Shown here piece by piece: positions 18,189 through 31,092 of a stretch of 64,000 nucleotides of DNA. The position numbers and the translations under genes were made by a program. The DNA is from an uncultured bacterium. Its GTDB lineage: Bacteria; Krumholzibacteriota; Krumholzibacteriia; JACNKJ01. The notes beneath the pieces were generated by a model. The model worked only from the letters and a program-made list of their open reading frames with translations. It did not search any database and was not told the DNA's origin. Every line of letters starts with the position of its first letter. The stretch's first letter is position 1. The stretch is from the NCBI GenBank assembly GCA_963695095.1, contig CAVOFT010000001.1, forward strand, positions 2,016,001 to 2,080,000. The letters are read 5' to 3'.

Positions 18189-18875
18189 ATGCAGATAGCG
18201 CTGGCAGCAGAACTGCGCGGGCAGGTGATCGCCGTCTGGTTCAGCCTCGATGGGCTCCACCACCGCGAGCATCCCGACTTCCGCGGCGAGGTGGCGCGCG
18301 TCGCCGCCGACCTGCGCGCCCGCTGGGGCGACGCCAGCCCGGCCGGCATTCCCCTGCTCGCCCCCGCCCGCCGGCTTTACAAGGCCACCGGCCTGGATCC
18401 CACCCGGCATCGCCCATCGAGCGAGGCCCTGCTCAGGCGCCTGCTCCTGGGCAAGGAGCTTTACCGACTCGATCCCGTCGTGGACACCGGCAACCTCTTC
18501 TCCCTCGCCCACGGCCTCCCGCTGGGCCTCTACGATCGCGAGCGCATCGACGGGGACGTCGCTCTGCGCCTGGGCCATCCGGGGGAGCAGTTTCCCGGCA
18601 TCCGCAAGGCGCCGGTGAATGTCGCCGGGCGCCTCTGTCTCGCCGATGCCGCGGGCGCCTTCGGCTCGCCGAGCTCCGACTCGGCGCGCACGGCCATCAC
18701 CGAGATGACCCGGCAGGGCCTGGCCCTGCTCTACGCGCCGGGAGATTATGCGCCGGAGCGCCTCGCGGCCGAAGGCGCTGCCCTCGCGGCCGCCTTCGGC
18801 CGCTGGAACGGCGCCGTCGCGAGTGCGCCGCTGTTGCTGGGCGCGGGCAGCCCCACGGGCGGCAGCGCTACTTGA
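18189..18875 (+). CDS. B3/B4 domain protein (PheRS-beta editing-like)
   Basis: GLDPTRHRPSSEALLRR, VVDTGNLFSL, LGLYD, GAFGSPSSDSART; GAGGAGG RBS. Confidence 0.85.
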   Translation: MQIALAAELRGQVIAVWFSLDGLHHREHPDFRGEVARVAADLRARWGDASPAGIPLLAPARRLYKATGLDPTRHRPSSEALLRRLLLGKELYRLDPVVDTGNLFSLAHGLPLGLYDRERIDGDVALRLGHPGEQFPGIRKAPVNVAGRLCLADAAGAFGSPSSDSARTAITEMTRQGLALLYAPGDYAPERLAAEGAALAAAFGRWNGAVASAPLLLGAGSPTGGSAT

Positions 18876-19653
18876 CGATGCCGCGGGTGCTGGCCCGGAT
18901 GAAGGCCACCAGCTGGCGCACTTCCGGCGCCTCCGGGAACTCGGCGTCCAGCTCTGCCAGGGCCTGCGAGGTGTTGAGCCCGCTGCGATAGAGCAGCCGA
19001 TGCGCACGGTGCAGTGCCTTGATGCTCTCCGGGCTGAAGCCGCGGCGCTGCAGGCCGACGCTGTTGGGACCGGCGATGCTGAGTGGATTGCCGGCGCCGC
19101 GCATGAAGGGCGGGATGTCCTGCGGCACGCGGCTGCCCCCGCCCACGAAGGCATAGGCGCCGATGCGCACGAACTGGTGCACCGGCGTCACGCCGCCCAC
19201 GCTGGCGAAGTCCTCCACGCTCACGAAACCGGCCAGATTGACGCTGTTGGCGAGGATCACCCCGTTGCCGATCGCGCAGTTGTGCGCCACGTGGGTGTAG
19301 GCCATCAAGAGGCAGGCTTCCCCCACGCGCGTCGCGCTGCCGGCGCCAGTGCCGGGATTGAGCGTGGCGTACTCGCGGATCACCGTATCGGCGCCGATCA
19401 CCAGCTCGCTCGCCTCGCCGTGATACTTGAGGTCCTGCGGCGGACTGCCCAGCACCGCGCCCTGGAAGATGCGGCAGCGCGGACCCAGGCGCACGCAGCC
19501 CTCGATGCGGACGTGGCTGCCGATCTCGCAGCCTTCGCCGATCCGGGACCCGGCGGCGATGATGCTGAAGGGACCCACGCGCACGCCGGCACCCAGCTCG
19601 GCGCCGGCCTCGACGAGGGCCGTGGGGTGGACTTGCTGGCTGCTCTCGCTCAT
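18868..19653 (-). CDS. lpxA: Acyl-ACP--UDP-N-acetylglucosamine O-acyltransferase
   Basis: VHPTA, hexapeptide repeats, PQDLKY, IRE, LMAYTHVAHNC, VHQFVRIG, DIPPF. Confidence 0.96.
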   Translation of the reverse strand: MSESSQQVHPTALVEAGAELGAGVRVGPFSIIAAGSRIGEGCEIGSHVRIEGCVRLGPRCRIFQGAVLGSPPQDLKYHGEASELVIGADTVIREYATLNPGTGAGSATRVGEACLLMAYTHVAHNCAIGNGVILANSVNLAGFVSVEDFASVGGVTPVHQFVRIGAYAFVGGGSRVPQDIPPFMRGAGNPLSIAGPNSVGLQRRGFSPESIKALHRAHRLLYRSGLNTSQALAELDAEFPEAPEVRQLVAFIRASTRGIVK

Positions 19654-19665
19654 GGTCGCCTTCAA

Positions 19666-20980
19666 TCAGCGCTCGATCACCTGGGCCATCAGCTCGGCTT
19701 CGGCGACGAGCTGGCCGTCGACGTAGGCTTCGCCGCGCATCTTGCAGCCGCTCTTGCGCAGGCGGAGCATGGTCAGCTCCAGGCGCAGCTGGTCGCCGGG
19801 CAGCACCGGCCGCCGGAAGCGCGCGCCGTCGATGCCCATGAAGTAGACGAGCTTGCCGGTCGGGTTGTCCACCGTCGACAGGAGCAGGATACCGCCCGTT
19901 TGCGCCATCGCCTCGAGGATGAGCACTGCCGGAAAGATCGGATGGTCGGGGAAGTGCCCGTTGAAGAAGGGCTCGTTGATGCGTGACGTTCTTGACGCCC
20001 ACCACGCGTTCGCCGTCCACCATCTCGACCAGCCGGTCGACGAGCAGGAAGGGATAGCGATGGGGCATGATGCGCATGATGTCCCGGATGTTCCACTCCA
20101 GCGGCGCGTCGCCGATGTAGGTGCGGTCCAGCCGGGCGGCCGCGTTGGCGAGCAGGCGCGCGAACTTGCCGTTGGAGACGTGCCCGCTCTTGTGGCTGAT
20201 GATGTGGCCCTTGATCGGGCGGCCGACGAGCGAGAGGTCCCCGAGCAGGTCGAGGATCTTGTGGCGCACGAACTCGTTGGGGAAGCGCAGCGGCGTCTCG
20301 TTCATGATGCCGGCGGGACCGACGACGATGGCATTGTCCATCGTGCCGCCTTTGATCAGGCCCTGCTTGCGCAGCCGCTCGACATCCTCCCAGAGGACGA
20401 AGGTGCGCGCGGCGGCGATCTCGTCCTCGAAGGTCTGCGGGTTGATGTCGAAGGAGGCGTACTGGGTGCCCAGCACCGGCTCGTCGTACTTGATCGTGAA
20501 GCTGACGCGAAAGCCGTCGTAGGGCAGGGCGAGCAACTCGATATCGTTCTCGACCAGGCTGATCGGCTGCTTGACCTCGAAGTAGCGTACCGGCGCGCCC
20601 TGGCCCACGATTCCGGCCTCCTTGATGCGGGCGACGTAGTCCGCGCAGCTGCCGTTGGCCGGCTCCGCGGGCTCGTTGCTGTCCAGTTCGACGACGACGT
20701 TGTCGAGGCCGAGGCCGGTCAGGGTGGCCAGCACGTGCTCCACCGTGTGGATGCTGTGGCCGTCGCGCGAGAGCGTGGTGTTGCGAAACTCCTCCGTCAC
20801 CGCCGGCGAGAAGTCGACGTGAACGGGAAAATCCAGCGGTGGATCCAGATCGACGCGCCGGAAGACGATGCCGGTGTTGGGCGGCGCCGGGTGGAAATGC
20901 ATGCGCACGGGATTGCCCGTGTGCAGCCCGATGCCCTCGTACACGAGATCGCGGGCCAGCGTCCGTTGCTGCCTGATCAC
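19666..20980 (-). CDS. lpxC: Bifunctional LpxC deacetylase / FabZ dehydratase, with a one-base frameshift at about 19981
   Basis: [21 protein letters not shown], then [11 protein letters not shown]...KNVT(+1)[11 protein letters not shown]...LEAMAQ. Confidence 0.92.
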
Positions 20981-22077
20981 GGGGCAGTGTCCTTTGGCGC
21001 CTGGGAATCGCCGCGCAGGCGGGCGACCTCCCCTTCCAACTCGCGCACGCGGCGGACCAGATCCGGCAGCCGCGTCAGCGCCGCCTGCAGGCGGCGCGCC
21101 TGGTCGTGCGGGCGGGCCGGGTAGCCGGACACCGAGGCGTTCGCCTCCACCGACTTGGTGACGCCGGCCTGCGCCCCCACCTGGGCGTGATCGCCGATCT
21201 CGATATGCCCGGCGAGGCCGGCCTGCCCGGCGATCTTGACGCCCTCGCCGATGCGGGTGCTGCCGGAGATGCCCGCCTGGGCGACGATGATGCTGTGCGT
21301 GCCCACGCGCACGTTATGGGCAATCTGCACCAGATTGTCGATCTTGCAGCCTGCGGCGATGCGGGTCACGCCCGTCGTGGCGCGGTCGATGCAGACGTTG
21401 GCCCCCAGCTCCACGTCGTCGCCGAGCTCGACATTTCCGATCTGCGGGACCTTGCGGTGGGCGCTGCCGTCCCAGGCGTAGCCGAAGCCATCGGAGCCCA
21501 CCACCGTTCCGGCGTGGATGATCACGCGCCGGCCAAGCTGGGAATCTTCGCGCAGGGTGACGTTCGGGAAGATGATGCACTCGTCCCCGATGACGACGCG
21601 CGCCAGCACCACGACGCCAGGCATCAAGACCACCCGCTTGCCGATCACGCAGTCCGCGCCGATGTGCACGAAGTCCCCAACATGGCAGTCCGCGCCGAGC
21701 CGGGCGCTGGCCGCCACCGCCGCGTGGGCGCTCACGCCGGGCGTGAAAGCGCCCCGCAGCGGGCGCGAGAAGAGCTGGATGGCGGTCAGAAAGCTGAGGT
21801 AGGGATCGTCCACGCGCACGGCCGCCAGCCCCGCCACGGCGGCCTGCCGACCCACGATGAGCGCGCTGGCCTGCGTTTCCTTCACGTAACCCTGGTAGCG
21901 TCCGTTGGCCAGGAAGCTGATCTGGCCGGGCGCCGCCTCGCGGATACCGGCGATGCCGGTGATGACGAGTTCAGGGTCGCCATCGCAGTCGCCGCCCAGG
22001 GCCTCTGCAATGGCGCCCAGGGTCAGGCGGCAAGCGCCGCCAGTCGCCCCCCTCGGCTCGTAATCGGGCTCCGTCAA
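20977..22077 (-). CDS. lpxD: UDP-3-O-acylglucosamine N-acyltransferase
   Basis: ISFLAN, GSDGFGY, KVPQIGNV, IDR, KIDNLVQIAHNV; start codon uncertain. Confidence 0.95.
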   Translation of the reverse strand: MTEPDYEPRGATGGACRLTLGAIAEALGGDCDGDPELVITGIAGIREAAPGQISFLANGRYQGYVKETQASALIVGRQAAVAGLAAVRVDDPYLSFLTAIQLFSRPLRGAFTPGVSAHAAVAASARLGADCHVGDFVHIGADCVIGKRVVLMPGVVVLARVVIGDECIIFPNVTLREDSQLGRRVIIHAGTVVGSDGFGYAWDGSAHRKVPQIGNVELGDDVELGANVCIDRATTGVTRIAAGCKIDNLVQIAHNVRVGTHSIIVAQAGISGSTRIGEGVKIAGQAGLAGHIEIGDHAQVGAQAGVTKSVEANASVSGYPARPHDQARRLQAALTRLPDLVRRVRELEGEVARLRGDSQAPKDTAP

Positions 22078-22096
22078 GATCGCCACCCTTCGGGCC

Positions 22097-22621
22097 TTAG
22101 CCCTTGGCATTGATCGCCGCAGCGACGCGGGCGTCAAGACTGATCTCCGGGCGCCAGTAAACTAGCACACCATTGACGTCGAATACCAGATCGTAGCCGT
22201 CCTCTTCGGCAATCGTCTTCACCGCCTGGCGGATGCGCTCGTAGATCGGCTCGCTCAGCTCCATGTTGCGGCGCGCCGCTTCGCCCTCGGGGCCGAACTT
22301 ATCCTGATCGTACTGGTAGAGTTCGCCCTCCATCTGCGCGATCTCGGCCTGGCGCCCCTGCTGGGTCTCGGGCGTCATCATCAAGCGCTGCACCGAGAAA
22401 TTCTCGCGCGCCGCGAGCAGCTCATCCAGCATTTGCTGCTTCTGCGCCTGCCAGGCCTCCAGATCCTTGTTGAAGATCTTGAGCGCCTCGGAATAGCCTT
22501 CGTAGTTCTGGAACAGACTCTGGACGTCCAGGACGCCCACCTTGAGATCGGCAGCGCGGCCGGTTCCCGCCGTCAGCAGGGCCAGCAGCGCAGCCAACAT
22601 GAAGTGTCGCAGGCAGCGCAT
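22097..22621 (-). CDS. skp: OmpH/Skp periplasmic chaperone
   Basis: Signal peptide, KVGVLDVQ, helical region, IAEEDGYDLVFD; between bamA and lpxD. Confidence 0.9.
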   Translation of the reverse strand: MRCLRHFMLAALLALLTAGTGRAADLKVGVLDVQSLFQNYEGYSEALKIFNKDLEAWQAQKQQMLDELLAARENFSVQRLMMTPETQQGRQAEIAQMEGELYQYDQDKFGPEGEAARRNMELSEPIYERIRQAVKTIAEEDGYDLVFDVNGVLVYWRPEISLDARVAAAINAKG

Positions 22622-22635
22622 GGCGGATATCCTCC

Positions 22636-24921
22636 CTAGAAATCGGTTCCCATCTTGAAGTGGAAGCGGCCGCGGTCCTCGCCGGCCGCCGGATCGAGCG
22701 GATAGCCCCAGTCGAAGCCCAGAACCCCCACCAACGGCACTTCGATGCGGGCCCCGAAGCCAAGCGAACGCTTCAGCGTTGTGAAGTCGGCCCCGGCCAT
22801 GGAATTCCAGGTCCCACCGAAGTCGAAGAAGGGCGCGACGATCTGCACGTTGTTGCCCACGCCCAGCACGAGTTCAACGGAACCCGTCGTCATCGCCCGG
22901 CCACCCAGAAAGGCCGTGTTGCCGTAGGGCACCACCGAGTAGTCCTCGTAACCGCGCAGGGGATTGGTCCGATTGCCGCCGAGGCGGAAGCGCTCCTGAT
23001 CGGGCACCTGGCCGGGGCGGTCGAGCCCGTCGACGAGGCCCAGGGTCTGATGGAAGCGCAGCACGAAGGGCCCGCGCACCCGCTGGTACCAGGTGTAGTT
23101 GCTCAGGTACTTCTGGTAGTGGAGATTGCCGCCCAGCGCGCCGCCGGCGAACTGGGCGCTGAAGCGCTGGCGCGTGCCCCCGCCCGGCAGGAAGGGGCTG
23201 TCCGTGGAGTCGCGCCAGAGGCTGAGCGTGACGCTGCTCTCGATCTCGGGCCAGTCGCGCTCGGCCAGGCGACCGCCCAGAGCCAGATAGCTCTGGCTGA
23301 AATCGTAGAGGCGGATGCTCTCCAGGCGGTAGGTGGCGCTCATCCGCGTGTACTCGAGCCAGGGGAAGGGCCGCCCCGCGCCGAGGGAGAAGCCCAGCTT
23401 CTCGTCCTTGTAGTACTCCCGGTAGAGGTTGCTGCGGCTGCGGTAGACGTTCGCGCTCAGCGTGAACGGGCGATCGCGAAACCAGGGCTCCGTGTAGCCC
23501 ACGTTGAAGAGATTGATGCGACTGCCGAACTCCCACTGGAAACTGAGCTGCTGGCCGCGCCCCCGGAAGTTCTGTGCCCCCACCTGGATGAAACCGGTGA
23601 CGCTCGTGGCTTCGCTGTAGGTGATGCCGGCGCCGAAATTGCCCGTCGAGCGCTCCACGACGCGATAGATGAGGTCCACCTCGCCGGTGGCCGGATCGCT
23701 GCGGGGCTCGAACTGGACATCGTCGAAGAAGCGCAGCATGTAGATGTCCCGGTGGCTGCGCACCACTTTTTCGCGGCTGAACAGCTCGCCCGGATAGATC
23801 TTGATCTCGCGCCGGATCACCTTGTCGAGAGTCTTGTCATTGCCGGCGACCACCACCTCGCGCACGCGCGCCAGCGGACCCTCGACGATGCGCAGCGACA
23901 GGTCCACCCGGCGCTCGGCGAGGCCGCGCTCCGGGCGCACCTGATTGTAGAGATAGCCCTGGTCGTAGAGGGCGGTCGAAATCGCCGCGACGCCGCGATC
24001 GAGGGCCCAGCCGTCGAAGGGCGCGCCCGCCGTGAACGGCAGGAAATCGCGAATCACCGAATCAGCCAGGGCGCTGTTGCCGGACCACTCGAGATTGCCG
24101 AAGGCGTAGCGCTCCCCCTCCTCGATCCGATAGGTGAGCGTCACATCGTCCTTCTTCTCCGTGAACTCGCGGCCGACCTCCGTTACCTTCGCATCCAGGT
24201 AGCCGCTCTGGTTGTAGAGGCGCGTCAAGCGCGTGACGTCGGCGGCCACGCTGTCCGGCTGGTAGACATTGTGATTCCCCCAGCTCTGCGGCGAGTAGAG
24301 GCGCTTCGGCTTGTTGCCGATCGCGTCGCGCAGCTCGCCCCTGGACAGGCCGCGATTGCCCACGAAGCGCACGTCGCGCAGCTTCGTCTTCTCGCCTTCG
24401 CTGACCGCGAAGGTGAGGCTGGCCCGGCCGTCGGTTTCCGCGATGCTCGTCTCCACTTGGGCGGCGTGGTAGCCCTGCTCCTGGCAGTGCGCAAGGATGG
24501 CCATCTTCGCCTGCTCGAGCAGGTAGGGCCTGAGGTAGCTGCCCTGCGTGATGCGGATCGCCGCGGCGAGATCCTTCTCCTTCGTGTGCTTGAGCCCTTC
24601 CCAGCGCAGTTCCGCCACGCGGGGGTGCTCGTGCACGCGCAGCTCGAGCTCGGCGCCGGTGGCCCCGGTCGGGGCGGCCCAGATCTCGAGCTGGGCGAAG
24701 CGTTGGCTGCGCTGGAGACGGCGCAGGGCGTCCGCCAGGTCGTCCCGCTCGACCGTGTCCCCGGCCGCGATGCCGAACTCGATGCCGATGCGCTCGGCGG
24801 GCACGGTTTGCTGGCCGGAGATGCGGAGGGAATCCACGGTGAAGCGCTGGGCCGCCGCCGGTGCGGGGGCGAATGCCGGCGCGGCAAGGAGCAGCAGAAG
24901 TCCCAGGACCCGTCGCAGCAT
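22636..24921 (-). CDS. bamA: Outer membrane protein assembly factor BamA
   Basis: POTRA repeats (GNDKTLDKVIRRE), LRGY motif, FDWGYPL, C-terminal F. Confidence 0.95.
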   Translation of the reverse strand: MLRRVLGLLLLLAAPAFAPAPAAAQRFTVDSLRISGQQTVPAERIGIEFGIAAGDTVERDDLADALRRLQRSQRFAQLEIWAAPTGATGAELELRVHEHPRVAELRWEGLKHTKEKDLAAAIRITQGSYLRPYLLEQAKMAILAHCQEQGYHAAQVETSIAETDGRASLTFAVSEGEKTKLRDVRFVGNRGLSRGELRDAIGNKPKRLYSPQSWGNHNVYQPDSVAADVTRLTRLYNQSGYLDAKVTEVGREFTEKKDDVTLTYRIEEGERYAFGNLEWSGNSALADSVIRDFLPFTAGAPFDGWALDRGVAAISTALYDQGYLYNQVRPERGLAERRVDLSLRIVEGPLARVREVVVAGNDKTLDKVIRREIKIYPGELFSREKVVRSHRDIYMLRFFDDVQFEPRSDPATGEVDLIYRVVERSTGNFGAGITYSEATSVTGFIQVGAQNFRGRGQQLSFQWEFGSRINLFNVGYTEPWFRDRPFTLSANVYRSRSNLYREYYKDEKLGFSLGAGRPFPWLEYTRMSATYRLESIRLYDFSQSYLALGGRLAERDWPEIESSVTLSLWRDSTDSPFLPGGGTRQRFSAQFAGGALGGNLHYQKYLSNYTWYQRVRGPFVLRFHQTLGLVDGLDRPGQVPDQERFRLGGNRTNPLRGYEDYSVVPYGNTAFLGGRAMTTGSVELVLGVGNNVQIVAPFFDFGGTWNSMAGADFTTLKRSLGFGARIEVPLVGVLGFDWGYPLDPAAGEDRGRFHFKMGTDF

Positions 24922-24952
24922 CTTCACCCGCTCGCGAGATAGGGCGCATCCC

Positions 24953-24978
24953 AAAAAAACGGCTCCCGCAGGAGCCGT
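24953..24978 (-). terminator. Intrinsic terminator or attenuator between clpC and bamA
   Basis: Minus strand ACGGCTCC-TGCG-GGAGCCGT followed by a run of T. Confidence 0.75.
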
Positions 24979-24989
24979 AAACCGGGGGC

Positions 24990-25018
24990 AATGTAGAAGA
25001 TAAGGAAGAGCTTGTAAA
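24990..25018 (-). promoter_or_regulatory. Putative sigma-70 promoter upstream of bamA
   Basis: Minus strand TTTACA-17 nt-TACATT in an AT-rich patch. Confidence 0.55.
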
Positions 25019-25029
25019 GCGCTTTCGCC

Positions 25030-27525
<2,496 letters not shown>

Positions 27526-27531
27526 AGCCGC

Positions 27532-28597
27532 TTATCCTTTCAACTGGGCCGACTCGAGCGCAAGCAACCAGCTCCGGAGCCGCTCGGCCCGGCGCTCCTC
27601 GCGCGCCTCCCCATCGAGGTCCTCCCCGGCCAGCACCTGCAAGCCGCCGTCGCCCAGTTCCGCCCACATGCCTTGAACCTCTTTATAATCAATACTTTGC
27701 AGGATACCGGTCAAGCTGCCCAGGCGCAGGGCGCCAAGCAGCTCCGCCAGCCGCCTCCGCGCTCAAGAGACGACCGTAGCGCAGGCGCCCATAGGCGGTC
27801 CAGACCTTGTCCTCGAGCAAGCTCCGTGCCTCTGAAAGCAAGCGTTCACGGGCCTTTGCCTCGAACTCGCAGAGCTTGCGCACGAGCTCGCCAAAGGCGT
27901 CCAGAAGTTCCGCCTCGCTCTTGCCCAGGCTGCGGGCATTGCGCAGTTCCAGGAGGGTGCCCGGGCCCGCTCCCTCGCCCCGCAGCCGCCCGTCTCCATG
28001 CAGGGCCGCCAGGCCGCGCAGGAGGCGGGGCAGCTCGCCCCGCAGGCCCAGGGCCGGCAGATGCAGCAAGGCGCGGCATTCCAGGCCCGTCCCCGCCCGC
28101 CGCGGCGATGCGGTCAGATAGCCGAACGCCTCGGAGAAGGCAAACTCCAGGCGACCGTCCAGCTCCGCATCCAGGCTGTCCAGGTCGGCCCACAGGGGCT
28201 CCGGATACCAGCCCTCGCGCCGACTCTGGAGACAGAGGTGATCGCCGTCCCCCAGCCGGATACTCAGCCGCGGATCGGCCAGCAGCAACAAGCCCCGCAG
28301 CTCGCCGCTCGCCGCCGGTCGACGCGGCAGCAGGTCGAGTTCAGCCAGGCAGTCCGCCTCCGCCGGCGTCAGGTGCTCAGCCTCGATGGCAAGGGCGCCG
28401 CGGCAGCAATCGCACTCCGCCAGCGCCGCCAGCAGTCGCTGGCGCAGCAGCTCCCGCTCGGCCCGCCCGAGCTGGTCGGGAAAGCGCTCCGCCAGGTTGC
28501 GGCGAAGCAGGCAACTGCCGCTCAGGACAGCCGCCTGGCGCTTGCCTGGCTCCCCGGCCACGAGTCGGCCCAGGGTTGCTCGCAGCGGCGCGCTCAT
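27532..28597 (-). CDS. mcsB: McsB-like protein arginine kinase homolog with degenerate active site; frameshift near 27750
   Basis: [51 protein letters not shown]; position between mcsA and clpC. Confidence 0.85.
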
Positions 28598-29124
28598 TCC
28601 TGGGTCTCCAGCAGGCGGCCGAACTCCTGTTCGAGATCGCGCATCTCATCGCGCAGCCGCGCCGCCGCCTCGAAGCGCTCCTCGCTCACCGCGAGTTGGA
28701 TGCTCTCCTTGACGCCGAGGATGCGCCGCCGCAGGTCGATGCGCCGGCCGAAATTGCGCGGCATCTTGCCGCGGTGCGCCTCGCTGCCGTGATACTCGCG
28801 CAGCAAGCGGGTCATATCGCCCATGAAGGTCTGGTAGCAACTCGGGCAGCCGAGGCGCTCGCTGCGCTCGAAGTCCGCAAAGGTGAGGCCACAGTCGGGA
28901 CAGGCCAGCGCGGCGCCGGCGCCGCGATCGTCGGCCAGGCGATGGATGATCTCGCTCCAGAGGGCGCGCGTATCCATGCGGCCGCCGCGCAGCTCATCGG
29001 CCGGGATGCCGCGGGCGATCCCGCATTCGGCGCACAGCAGGGCAGCCCGGCGGCCGGCCCCGTCCACTTCCGTGAAGCGTAGACGCGCCTCGCGCGTGCC
29101 GCAACCCTCGCAGATCTCGCGCAT
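28594..29124 (-). CDS. mcsA: McsA (CXXC motifs plus UvrB/C domain)
   Basis: [37 protein letters not shown]. Confidence 0.92.
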   Translation of the reverse strand: MREICEGCGTREARLRFTEVDGAGRRAALLCAECGIARGIPADELRGGRMDTRALWSEIIHRLADDRGAGAALACPDCGLTFADFERSERLGCPSCYQTFMGDMTRLLREYHGSEAHRGKMPRNFGRRIDLRRRILGVKESIQLAVSEERFEAAARLRDEMRDLEQEFGRLLETQE

Positions 29125-29177
29125 GGATCCGCACCTCCTGTCAGAATATAGAGCAAGGACAGGGATGCCGAAAGCCC

Positions 29178-29861
29178 TCAGACCGGGCCCAGCCGACCCG
29201 CGACGAGCTGCAGCCGGCGTTCGGCGCGGGCGGCCAGGGCTTGATCGTGCGTGACGATGAGCAGACCCGACCCTGCGTCGGCACAGAGCGCGAAGAGCAA
29301 GTCCGCGACCTCCTGGCCCGTCGCCGCATCGAGGTTGCCGGTGGGCTCGTCGGCGAGCACCAGGCGCGGCCGACCCATCAGCGCTCGCGCGACGGCCACG
29401 CGCTGCTGCTCCCCACCCGAAAGTTCTCCCGGCCGGTGGTCTTCGCGAGACGCGAGCCCGACCTGTCCGAGCAAGCTGCGGGCACGGGCGAAGGCGGCGC
29501 CCTGCGCCCCGCCCCCGCTGGCGATCAGGGCCGGCAGGGCGACGTTCTCCAGGGCCGAGAACTCAGGCAGCAAGTGGTGGAACTGGAAGATGAAGCCCAG
29601 CTCGCGGCGCCGGAACGCCGTCGTGGCGCGCGCGCCGGCGGCGAGCAGGTCCCGGCCGTCGAAATGGAGGCTGCCCGCATCCGGCCTGTCGAGGGTGCCG
29701 AGGATGTGCAGCAGCGTGCTCTTGCCGCTGCCGCTCGAGCCGGCGATGGCCAGGCTCCGGCCGGCGGCGAGTTCCAGCGAGCAGTCGGCGAGCACCTCCA
29801 CGCGCCGGTGCGCCGTCACGAAGCTGCGGGCCAGGCCCGCAGCGCGGAGCAGATCAGCCAC
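29178..29861 (-). CDS. lolD: Lipoprotein-releasing ABC transporter ATP-binding protein
   Basis: [41 protein letters not shown]. Confidence 0.9.
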   Translation of the reverse strand: MADLLRAAGLARSFVTAHRRVEVLADCSLELAAGRSLAIAGSSGSGKSTLLHILGTLDRPDAGSLHFDGRDLLAAGARATTAFRRRELGFIFQFHHLLPEFSALENVALPALIASGGGAQGAAFARARSLLGQVGLASREDHRPGELSGGEQQRVAVARALMGRPRLVLADEPTGNLDAATGQEVADLLFALCADAGSGLLIVTHDQALAARAERRLQLVAGRLGPV

Positions 29862-31092
29862 GGATGCCTCCTTCCCCCTGCAAGGATTCCAGCGGTCGCC
29901 GGCGCAGGGCCTCGAGCCCCGGCAGCACCAGCGCGAAGAACGCGACCAGCACCGCCGCCGCGCCGATGCTCAGCACGAGGCTGGGGCTCAGACGCGCCGG
30001 CAGGTGGTCGATGAAGTAGACCTCACCCGGCAGGGACAGCGGGTGATGCTCGAACCAGCCGATGAGCCCGACGCCCAGCAGGCTGCCGGCCAGCACACCC
30101 GCCGCGCCCAGCAGCCAGCCTTCGATCAGGTAAACCCCCAGCACGGCGGCCCGGCTCGCCCCGAGGGCGAGCAGCAGGCCGATCTCGCGGCTGCGCTCGG
30201 TGACGATGATCGTCATCGAGCCGGCGATGTTGAAGCCCGCCACCAGGATGATCAGGCTCAGCGCCAGGAAGAGCACGCTGCGCATCGTCGTGATCCAGCG
30301 AAAGATCTCGCCGTTGAGGTCCCGCCAGCTGGCCACCTGCCAGCGCGTGGGATCGAGCCTGAGGCGCAGGGCGGAGGCCACCGGTGCCGCCTCGTCCACC
30401 TGCGCCAGGCGCAAGCCCAGCCCGTCCGCGCCCGCCTGCGGGCGCCAGGCCCGCTGGGCGACACCGAGGTCCAGATAGGCGAAGCGGCGGTCGAATTCGT
30501 AGAGCCCCGTGCGCACGTACCCCAGCACGAGGAAGCGCGTGTGCTGCGCTCGCGCCGTGTCGCCCTCGAGCAGGGTGGTGAAGGTGACCGTCTCGCCGGG
30601 CAGCACGCCGAGTTCCTCCGCCAGGGCCGCGCCGAGGAGCAGGCCCGGCCCCTCGGGGGCGGCGAAGCCCGCGAAGGGCGGATCGCAGCTCGCGAAGAGC
30701 CGCGTCACGGCCGCCTCCCGCTCGGCATCGACCCCGCGCAGGATCACGCCGCGCAGGCGCAGCCCGCTGCGCTCGCCGCTGGTCAGCACGCCCTTCTGCT
30801 GGATGAAGGGGCTCGCGGCCGCCACGCCCGGCAGCGTCGCCGTCCAGGCCAGCTCCTCGGCGCCCAGGGACAGCGAGCCCCGCTCGCTGCCCGTGATGAA
30901 GACGCCCGGGTTCATGTCCGTGAGCAGGGCGAGCACCTCGGCCTGGAAGCCCTGCACGAAGGCGAACACGGTGAGCAGGGTCGCCACGCCGACGGCGACC
31001 CCCACGGCCGCGAGCAGGCTGACGCGGCCGAGGAAGCCCCCCCGCCGCGAACGGGCGAGATGCTTGAGCGCCAGCCACAGCGACAGGGACAT
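29854..31092 (-). CDS. lolE: Lipoprotein-releasing ABC transporter permease LolC/E
   Basis: [37 protein letters not shown]; adjacent to lolD. Confidence 0.88.
   Translation of the reverse strand: MSLSLWLALKHLARSRRGGFLGRVSLLAAVGVAVGVATLLTVFAFVQGFQAEVLALLTDMNPGVFITGSERGSLSLGAEELAWTATLPGVAAASPFIQQKGVLTSGERSGLRLRGVILRGVDAEREAAVTRLFASCDPPFAGFAAPEGPGLLLGAALAEELGVLPGETVTFTTLLEGDTARAQHTRFLVLGYVRTGLYEFDRRFAYLDLGVAQRAWRPQAGADGLGLRLAQVDEAAPVASALRLRLDPTRWQVASWRDLNGEIFRWITTMRSVLFLALSLIILVAGFNIAGSMTIIVTERSREIGLLLALGASRAAVLGVYLIEGWLLGAAGVLAGSLLGVGLIGWFEHHPLSLPGEVYFIDHLPARLSPSLVLSIGAAAVLVAFFALVLPGLEALRRRPLESLQGEGGIRG

Noticed and set aside
18746..20980. 744-aa LpxC with a novel C-terminal extension
   Set aside because: The extension comes from one extra base at about 19981; the corrected frame gives an ordinary LpxC-FabZ fusion
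29125..29177. CtsR or CIRCE operator upstream of mcsA
   Set aside because: No GTCAAA direct repeat or CIRCE inverted repeat is visible
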